Below, piece after piece: positions 19,792 to 26,186 of a DNA stretch of 32,000 nucleotides. The DNA comes from Vulcanisaeta distributa DSM 14429 (lineage in GTDB: Archaea > Thermoproteota > Thermoprotei > Thermoproteales > Thermocladiaceae), in contig NC_014537.1 in NCBI RefSeq assembly GCF_000148385.1, positions 1,140,001 through 1,172,000 on the forward strand, given 5' to 3'. The translations under genes and the position numbers were made by a program. Every line of letters begins with the position of its first letter. Position 1 is the stretch's first letter. The notes beneath the pieces were generated by a model that worked only from the letters and a program-made list of their open reading frames with translations, made no database searches and was not told the DNA's origin.

Positions 19792-20334
19792 TTAGTCCTC
19801 AGATCCCTGGTTATCATCATTACCCTGATTATTAGATGCCGTGTAATTACCCTCATGTTCCTCCTCGTGTTCACCAACGGGCTTTATCGTTATTAATGGC
19901 TTATTAACGACATTAGGCGGTCCCTCTGGGTTGGGCTTAACCGTGTAATAGACAGTTATTGATACCGTGTAATTACCAGGTGTTAGGTAAACGGTGTATT
20001 CATCCCTGTGTAGGTTAAGTGTCACTGTCTGATTCCCAATAGTTATAACAACGGTGAAATTGCTAAATACGTCGTCTAAGCCCTCATGATGAAGCTTAAC
20101 CTTGAAGTATCCTGAGGAATTAACGTATAGGTACGCGGTAGCCTTAGCCGTGCCGCTCATTCCTGGTGTTAGATTGCCAAGGTTTATGTACGCAGAAACT
20201 GTACTATACATTGGGGGCGGCGGTAGGATTAAGTGATAGCTTAGGTATGCAAGTACGCCATTCATATTTGCCGCAACAACCATTCCACTTAGACCTGCTA
20301 GGAAAGCCAGCGCTATTAATAGCCAGCTCTTCAT
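19792..20334 (-). CDS. Hypothetical secreted protein, beta-rich, with multiple N-glycosylation sequons and an acidic His/Glu/Asp tail
   Basis: It has the signal peptide MKSWLLIALAFLAGLSGMVVAA. It has six N-x-S/T sequons (NLT, NSS, NFT, NQT, NYT, NYT), alternating hydrophobic beta-strand patterns, and the tail EHEEEHEGN...DDNQGSED. I recognise no family. Confidence 0.6.
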   Translation of the reverse strand: MKSWLLIALAFLAGLSGMVVAANMNGVLAYLSYHLILPPPPMYSTVSAYINLGNLTPGMSGTAKATAYLYVNSSGYFKVKLHHEGLDDVFSNFTVVITIGNQTVTLNLHRDEYTVYLTPGNYTVSITVYYTVKPNPEGPPNVVNKPLITIKPVGEHEEEHEGNYTASNNQGNDDNQGSED

Positions 20335-20413
20335 ATTAAAAAGAGGAATTGATCGCTAATTAATAAAAGTTGCGCAGCATAAGTATTTAAAGAGTAATCT
20401 CTAGGCATTAATT

Positions 20414-20467
20414 AAGTGATGTAAAGGTTTCCGGCCTGACGATTGATGACATCACCCCTTACTGACA
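20414..20467 (+). ncRNA. C/D box sRNA candidate 1 (2'-O-methylation guide)
   Basis: The layout is C box GUGAUGU at 20416-20422, a 13-nt spacer, D' CUGA at 20436-20439, a 3-4-nt linker, C' UGAUGA at 20444-20449, a 12-nt spacer, and D CUGA at 20462-20465. TATTTAAA at 20384-20391 would place a TSS about 2 nt before the C box. The candidate is intergenic and antisense to both flanking genes. Confidence 0.6.
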
Positions 20468-20475
20468 AAGCATTC

Positions 20476-21033
20476 TCAACCTGTTTTGTACTCTCTTAAT
20501 TCATCATTAAACACTCTATTAAATACATTGAATGCTTCATCACCATACAAGCAAATGATTATCCTCCTCACACTCTTAAGGCCTGGCGCCTCCCTCCTGA
20601 TTGCCCGTGCCATTATCCTCGCCGCATCCTCATACGGGCACCCAAATATACCAGTACTAATTGCCGGGAAGGCTATGCTAGTTAGTCCCAACTCCTCAGC
20701 CTTCCTAAGAGAGTTTGTAACTGCATCATCAAGCTTCTCAATAGGTTCAATGCCGCACCTAGGTCCGACGGCGTGAATCACGTACTTAGCCCTTAACTTA
20801 CCCGCACTGGTCACGGCAACACCACCCACAGGGACAGGACCATACTTCCTAACCCACTCACGGGATTCCTCCTGAATAACCCAACCACCCTTCCTAACAA
20901 TGGCACCGGCAACTCCACCACCATGCTCTAGGTACGAATTAGCGGCATTAACGATAGCGTCAGCCTCAACCTCGGTTATATCACCCTTAATAAGTTCCAC
21001 AGTGACACCATTAGGGAATTTAAAGCCCGGCAT
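20476..21033 (-). CDS. Macro domain protein (ADP-ribose / O-acetyl-ADP-ribose binding or hydrolysing, AF1521/MacroD-like)
   Basis: 185 aa. It has [29 protein letters not shown] and [15 protein letters not shown], the canonical macro-domain motifs. A TATA box (minus strand GTATTAAA, 21057-21064) lies about 27 nt upstream of the ATG. Confidence 0.88.
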   Translation of the reverse strand: MPGFKFPNGVTVELIKGDITEVEADAIVNAANSYLEHGGGVAGAIVRKGGWVIQEESREWVRKYGPVPVGGVAVTSAGKLRAKYVIHAVGPRCGIEPIEKLDDAVTNSLRKAEELGLTSIAFPAISTGIFGCPYEDAARIMARAIRREAPGLKSVRRIIICLYGDEAFNVFNRVFNDELREYKTG

Positions 21034-21168
21034 AAGCTTAGAATTATCAATAACCCTTTAATACTTAATCAGTATGAAGGCATGAATATTATCATTATCT
21101 CGGTCCTGCTCACCCCTCTTTCAAAATGTTTATTATCAATGCCATGAAAGGCTTAATAACTAGGTAGA

Positions 21169-21185
21169 TACCCAGTAACTGGGTA
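21169..21185. promoter_or_regulatory. 17-bp perfect palindrome TACCCAGTaACTGGGTA flanked by AGGTAG direct repeats; candidate operator or 5' hairpin of the ATPase gene
   Basis: It has 8-bp arms around a single central base. AGGTAG occurs at 21162-21167 and at 21185-21190. It ends 8 nt before the GTG start at 21194 and lies downstream of TTAATAA at 21153-21159. Confidence 0.35.
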
Positions 21186-21193
21186 GGTAGCCA

Positions 21194-22273
21194 GTGCTGT
21201 TTGACCCTAAGCCTAAGGAGAGGAGGGAGGATTTATTCGATAGGGATGAGGAGTTGAGAAGGTTAAGGCTTGGTCTTAGTTATCCAGTCACGTTATTACT
21301 TGGGATTAGGAGGAGTGGTAAGTCGTCATTAATTAAGGTACTTATGAATGAGGAGAAGGACGTGATTTGGGTATACCTTGACCTGAGGAAGTATGAGGGC
21401 CATGCATACTTAACATATAGGCACCTACTGGGTGAGTTTGAGAGGGCTTTGAATAGCTGGCAGGAAAGCCTAAGGAGGCTACTGCAAGGTATTCGTGGTG
21501 TGTCTATATCGGGGCCTGGCTTTGAGGTTAGGCTTGGTTGGGGTAAGTCTAAGGTTGAGTTGGGTGATTTGTTTGATAGATTGTCTGATATTGGTGAGCG
21601 TGAGGGGCGTAAAGTGGTCATCGTGTTTGACGAGGCTCAGGAGTTGAGAAAGCTTAAAGGATTTAACATACTTTACCCACTAGCTTATGCCTATGATAAC
21701 CTTAGGCTCAACTTCGTATTCACCGGCTCACAGATCGGCATGGTTTATAGATTCCTGAGACTTAGGGACCCTGGCTCACCACTGTTTGGTAGGGCAATGT
21801 TCGAGGTTCGTATTAACCCATTCACTAGGGAACAAGCCGTTGAATTCCTAAGGGCTGGTTTTAGAGAGGTTAGTTTATCCGTCAGTGAGGGCATACTTGA
21901 AGACGCATATAACGAGTTAGGTGGCGTACCTGGTTGGCTTACTTACTACGGGCTCAATTACATGCAGCTTAATGATCATGGAGAGGCCATTAGGAGGACG
22001 CTTGAATATGCCGTGCAGCTTATTAGGCAGGAGTTTGAGAATTTTCTGAGGGGTAGGGAGGAGGCCAGGGAACGTTACTATGCAATAATGAGCCTATGTA
22101 GGTTTGGCTGTAGGTGGAGTGATGTTAAGCGCATGTTAATGGCTAAGGAGGGCTACGAAGTCGATGATAAGAAGGTGACGGAACTACTCCAGAACCTAAT
22201 GGATGCATCATTCTTGATTAAGGAAAATGACCTGTATAAACCGAGTGACCCATTAATAGCCAGGGCATTTTAA
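21194..22273 (+). CDS. Archaeal AAA+ ATPase (Arch_ATPase-type) with a C-terminal winged-helix domain
   Basis: 359 aa. It has FDRDEELRRL before the Walker A motif GIRRSGKSSL, the Walker B motif VVIVFDEAQEL, and a C-terminal wHTH-like segment (YAIMSLCRFGCRWSDVKRML...). The start codon is GTG. Confidence 0.8.
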   Translation: MLFDPKPKERREDLFDRDEELRRLRLGLSYPVTLLLGIRRSGKSSLIKVLMNEEKDVIWVYLDLRKYEGHAYLTYRHLLGEFERALNSWQESLRRLLQGIRGVSISGPGFEVRLGWGKSKVELGDLFDRLSDIGEREGRKVVIVFDEAQELRKLKGFNILYPLAYAYDNLRLNFVFTGSQIGMVYRFLRLRDPGSPLFGRAMFEVRINPFTREQAVEFLRAGFREVSLSVSEGILEDAYNELGGVPGWLTYYGLNYMQLNDHGEAIRRTLEYAVQLIRQEFENFLRGREEARERYYAIMSLCRFGCRWSDVKRMLMAKEGYEVDDKKVTELLQNLMDASFLIKENDLYKPSDPLIARAF

Positions 22274-22584
22274 ATAGCATGGTTCCTGAAGCTTAAGTAC
22301 AATTAGCACGTGACTTTACGTATTGATATTTAATACACTATAGATTTATAGAATTTACTCACCAAATTTGAATAATTCGACTTAACATGTCCATTAATAA
22401 CTGACTCAACTTCTGATACTTCAGACTAAGAATTAACCTTGCCTTGTAATATATTAAGAAACATGTTTAGTAAGTACCAATGATAGTAGGGGCGACGATT
22501 GGTATAATGATAATATATGAACATAGGTTAGACATAGTCTTGCTGATAACTAATAAGGTAGCGAAATACTAAGTATTAGCTATA

Positions 22585-23832
22585 TTATCCAAATAATGGC
22601 ACCTTAGTGCGCCTTGGCGGCTTAGGTACAGCTAACCACAGGGCTCCCGATATGAATGCCAGTATCAGCACAATTAGCAGTGCATGCTCCAGGGCACCCA
22701 CCTCGCCATAGATTGGTACGTAGTATTGCGCGAGCAACCCCGTTATTAATGAGCCGAGTACATTACCTCCTGTAACTGCACCGTTCCAAACTATTGATGT
22801 TGCCCAACTAACCTGTTCCCTCGGGAATAAATCACCAAGTACTGCCATAATTAGTGGGAAGTTGCTGAGCACGAAGAGTATTGCAAAGAAGGCAAAGACG
22901 AGGTTTCCAGTGTATATGAATGCTATGAATAGTATTGCAAAGGCAAATGTTGATATGGAGGCGATTAACCTCCTACCAACCTTATCACTTAACCAGCCAA
23001 GTATTGGTTGACCTATTATGGCTGAGGCAAGTAGTATTGATAGGATTTCCCCATAGCTTATACTGAGCTTTATGCCAAGTACCTTATTTATGTATATACC
23101 GAGGAATGTCTGTATACCCTGGCCTGCGGTGTTTCTCAATAATGTTATTACGAATAGTAGTATTATTAGCATTATAGATGCTCTAAGTGTCGTTGAACTG
23201 TTCGTTGGATCGTCCTTATTTCTCCTATACGCCTTAACATCGAATTTATAAATACCGTATAATAACACGGCGACGCCTACGATGAATGTCACAAAGGCTA
23301 ATATCCATAAATTAAAGACTGTGCTTATGGCACCCGCAAATACAAGGATTGAGGCAATAAGTGGATAGAGTGCTCTGCCCAAGCTTCCAAATGCGCCATT
23401 TATCCCAAGGGCTGAGCCGGCTGTTCCGCCGTATGTGGCCGACAGCAATGCACTACCTATTGGGTGGTAGTAAGCGGCGCCTACTCCTGCCAATACAACA
23501 CCTACGTATACTAGGTATAGGTTATGTGTTAAGAAGCCTATTGAGGCGAGGCCGATGGCGAATGCCCATAGGAACATGCCGAGTGCCATAGCCCTCATGT
23601 GACCGCCAAGCCATTTAATACTGAGTGGTACTAAAGGGCTCGCTATTGCTGATATTGCGGCGTAGAGTGCAGATAGTAATCCAATTATTGCGTAGTTAAC
23701 GCCCAATTGGTTTAGTACTGGTAGTATTATACCGGGTATTAACCACATGTTTCCATCATTAATGAAGTGACCAATTGATGTTAATCCAAGTATTGTTACC
23801 CTATCCTTGCCCTTTTCTCCCTGTATCATCAC
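22585..23832 (-). CDS. MFS transporter
   Basis: 415 aa with about 12 hydrophobic segments, two six-helix halves separated by a charged loop (KAYRRNKDDPTN), and a WLSDKVGRR motif typical of MFS loop 2-3/8-9. Confidence 0.8.
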   Translation of the reverse strand: MMIQGEKGKDRVTILGLTSIGHFINDGNMWLIPGIILPVLNQLGVNYAIIGLLSALYAAISAIASPLVPLSIKWLGGHMRAMALGMFLWAFAIGLASIGFLTHNLYLVYVGVVLAGVGAAYYHPIGSALLSATYGGTAGSALGINGAFGSLGRALYPLIASILVFAGAISTVFNLWILAFVTFIVGVAVLLYGIYKFDVKAYRRNKDDPTNSSTTLRASIMLIILLFVITLLRNTAGQGIQTFLGIYINKVLGIKLSISYGEILSILLASAIIGQPILGWLSDKVGRRLIASISTFAFAILFIAFIYTGNLVFAFFAILFVLSNFPLIMAVLGDLFPREQVSWATSIVWNGAVTGGNVLGSLITGLLAQYYVPIYGEVGALEHALLIVLILAFISGALWLAVPKPPRRTKVPLFG

Positions 23833-23834
23833 CG

Positions 23835-23849
23835 TTAGGGCTACCCTAA
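23835..23849. promoter_or_regulatory. Palindrome TTAGGGctaCCCTAA between the TATA box and start codon of the MFS gene; candidate operator
   Basis: It has 6-bp perfect arms and a 3-nt spacer. It lies between the minus-strand TATA TTTAAAAA (23853-23860) and the start codons GTG 23832 / ATG 23829. Confidence 0.3.
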
Positions 23850-23950
23850 TGCTTTTTAAACCAATCGCGCTTAGTAAGAATTCATGAAATGGTTAATGAA
23901 CCATTGACAGGCGCGAAATACACATAAATTAGGCAGAGCGTTGATGCGCG

Positions 23951-24283
23951 ATGGCGAAGGTAGTCTTCCTAATAATGAGCGATGACGTTAAGATGGATCT
24001 GGCGTTAACAATGGCCGCAAATACTGTCAGTACAAATAGGTATGAGGACTTTAAGGTCATCTTCTGGGGACCGGCCCAGGAAAGACTATTGAGGCTTGAG
24101 GGTCCTGCCAAGGATAATTTCGAGAAACTGCTAAAGGCAGGAGCAATTGATAGTGCATGCATTAATTACGCAAGGAATAAGGGAATAGACCAGCAGTTGA
24201 CCAAGATAGGTATTAAGCTACACCCTGCCGGTGATAGGGTTGCATACTACATAAATAATGGGTATCAGGTATTGGTGTTTTAA
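23951..24283 (+). CDS. DsrE/DsrF-like small protein (putative sulfur-relay/DsrE-fold family)
   Basis: 110 aa. It has an N-terminal beta strand KVVFLIMSDD, a helix, an FKVIFWGPAQERL segment, and a terminal G-Y-Q-V-L-V-F strand. This resembles small DsrE-fold proteins. The call rests on pattern memory only. Confidence 0.45.
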   Translation: MAKVVFLIMSDDVKMDLALTMAANTVSTNRYEDFKVIFWGPAQERLLRLEGPAKDNFEKLLKAGAIDSACINYARNKGIDQQLTKIGIKLHPAGDRVAYYINNGYQVLVF

Positions 24284-24438
24284 ATTTAAGAGAACTGAAA
24301 ATATACCAAGACCTCCTCAAACTTTCCTTAACCTCTCAACACCCTCTAGGCTTATAACACCAAGCCTATTGCCGTTCTGGTCATAAGTATACACTTTATT
24401 ATCCTCCTCATCACGCACAAGCCTATGCATATCGTATA

Positions 24439-26016
24439 CTATACTTGGCATGAATTTCGTATTTCCTTAACTGTCTCTTCTGTGAACAAATTTATGTATT
24501 TCATTAAAAGCTTTGATAATCTTTTCCTAATTTTTTCATTCTTAGCCTTTATAATCTTTTTACAAAGTACCTTTATTATTTGTATCATAACATCTCCATC
24601 ATTGTTATTTATTATCGTTTTAATAGGTATTTCAATAACTATAAAGTCGCGATATGTATGGGTATAAATAAGAGCATCATTGCTGTATCTTTCTTTCAAT
24701 TTTTGAGTAATAGTATTCATCATATCCGATGATTTAGTTCTACGCATTAATATGACTGTACGCCAGTTCGGAGTATGAACAGTGAATCTTTCACCAGCTA
24801 CAATAACCTGCGCTTCACCCCTTCTCCTTAGCTCTTTCTTGGCAATTTCATTAATTATTACCCACTTCTCCTCACCTACTGCATTTAATAAATCATGTAA
24901 CTCTTGAAGCGTATTGACAATCAACCTAGCTAATTCTACCGCATGACTACTATAATATGATATTCGTGTTATTTTACCGTGTGATGGTCGCCATCTAATT
25001 CCAAGCTTTTCAATTATTGGAATCCAAATACTTATATCCTTAGATGCAAGTTGAATCCTTAACTTTTTAATATCAACATTACCATCACCAACAATCGCGG
25101 TATATAAAGCCGGTACAGCTAAATTTATACCTGCTTTACTAAGAAGCGTAGCAATAGAATTCTTAAGTGAGTTATGAGATGATACTAAAAACCATCTTAT
25201 TGCTACACTTTTCTTATTTACATCAATTCCATTTATATGTACATATGTCTTACCAGGATATAACAGAAGCCAAAGAATCATTTGACGTATTTTGGTAGTT
25301 TCCATGGCGGCATAACGATATTTATACATCAATTCATCTGATGATGCAAACCCTATTTTCAATCCTTCTATTATTTCCTTTAATAGTTCTTTAGTCTTTT
25401 CATCCTTTTGTTCCAGAATTTTACCAATAACATCTGGTACCATCACCTTAATACCTCTAAAGTTCTCAAAATATAAAACAACTGTTATATCCTTAGACTT
25501 GCTTAATGTAGGTTCATTTACTTTTAATGTTATATGTTTGTTCTTTACAACAATATATAAGGTACCATTACTGGATTCGCGTACAATAATTTTTATGCAG
25601 CCATTTTCTATCTTACTTATTAGTTCCCTAATTTCATTACTAATATTAACATATTTCTTTTCAAACCTCTTAATATACTTAATAAGAGAATTAATTGTTT
25701 TCGCAAATTCGTAAATAATACCATTGTACTTCTCACTCAATTCTTCAACATTTCTTCTTATTTCCAGGAGCTCTCTTCTATATTTCTCCAGCCATTCAGA
25801 TGTATCTATATGCCAATAGGTTATCCTATTGAGAGCTTCAATCAGTAGATCAACGGCATGATTAATTGTCTTCTGGTTTTTAATTTCATTAATACATCGA
25901 TAATGATGACCAACCTTCATACCCTTACAAAATTTATTTTTCTTAATTAGCTCTACATTTACTCTATTTTCTATTTCTATAGTCGTGGTATGTTTATTTT
26001 GAGCGATGCACATCAC
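24439..26016 (-). CDS. Orphan 525-aa protein in a low-GC block; the central region resembles a degenerate double-LAGLIDADG (homing-endonuclease-like) core with long N- and C-terminal extensions
   Basis: This is a long uninterrupted ORF in a very AT-rich stretch. Residues 302-370 read PALYTAIVGDGNVDIKKLRIQLASKDISIWIPIIEKLGIR...ISYYSSHAVELARLIVNTL, which is LAGLIDADG-motif-like. Residues 214-292 read IIEGLKIGFASSDELMYKYRY...VAIRWFLVSSHNSLKNSIATLL, a degenerate first motif. The N-terminus has C30-x6-HH-x2-C41 and a heptad-rich segment. The likely start is ATG 26013 or GTG 26016. Confidence 0.6.
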   Translation of the reverse strand: MMCIAQNKHTTTIEIENRVNVELIKKNKFCKGMKVGHHYRCINEIKNQKTINHAVDLLIEALNRITYWHIDTSEWLEKYRRELLEIRRNVEELSEKYNGIIYEFAKTINSLIKYIKRFEKKYVNISNEIRELISKIENGCIKIIVRESSNGTLYIVVKNKHITLKVNEPTLSKSKDITVVLYFENFRGIKVMVPDVIGKILEQKDEKTKELLKEIIEGLKIGFASSDELMYKYRYAAMETTKIRQMILWLLLYPGKTYVHINGIDVNKKSVAIRWFLVSSHNSLKNSIATLLSKAGINLAVPALYTAIVGDGNVDIKKLRIQLASKDISIWIPIIEKLGIRWRPSHGKITRISYYSSHAVELARLIVNTLQELHDLLNAVGEEKWVIINEIAKKELRRRGEAQVIVAGERFTVHTPNWRTVILMRRTKSSDMMNTITQKLKERYSNDALIYTHTYRDFIVIEIPIKTIINNNDGDVMIQIIKVLCKKIIKAKNEKIRKRLSKLLMKYINLFTEETVKEIRNSCQV

Positions 26017-26040
26017 TAATGTTATTTTAAAATAATTAAT
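24440..26040. mobile_element. Compositionally atypical (low-GC) insertion coextensive with one ORF; putative horizontally acquired or free-standing homing-endonuclease-type element
   Basis: Sampled 60-nt lines inside give about 22-37% G+C (25501-25560 and 24901-24960). A flanking gene line gives about 52% (26881-26940). Codon usage shifts from host AAG/AGG to AAA/AGA/CGT. I found no flanking direct repeats. Confidence 0.4.
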
Positions 26041-26186
26041 AAGGTACTAACGTAATATTACCTTCATGGCATTTCATGCAGGTATTGAGTCTTTAAGGGG
26101 TTATTACTGGACCTGATTAACACGTGAAATATTGCACTCATGTAACGTCATAATTAATATCAAATCTTTACCATTTAATAACGGCA

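Noticed and set aside
22480-22546. AUGAUAG / AUGAUAA boxes and a CUGA in the long AT-rich spacer as a C/D box sRNA
   Set aside because: Both C-type boxes are mismatched and there is no D' box. The only CUGA lies 29 nt after the C'-like box instead of 12 nt after it.
24407-24413. Perfect GUGAUGA on the minus strand near the island edge as a C box
   Set aside because: No CUGA occurs anywhere downstream on that strand within 150 nt, so there is no D box.
24425-24667. 80-aa + strand ORF antisense to the 3' end of the low-GC ORF
   Set aside because: It is an Ile/Phe-rich antisense artefact of AT-rich coding sequence. The minus-strand 525-aa frame is far longer and is uninterrupted.
24284-26186. 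Direct repeats or att-like sites flanking the low-GC island
   Set aside because: The only similarity is a weak one of about 7-8 nt (TTCATGC-type) between 24445-24458 and about 26066-26080. That is not better than chance in AT-rich DNA, so no integration-site claim is made.
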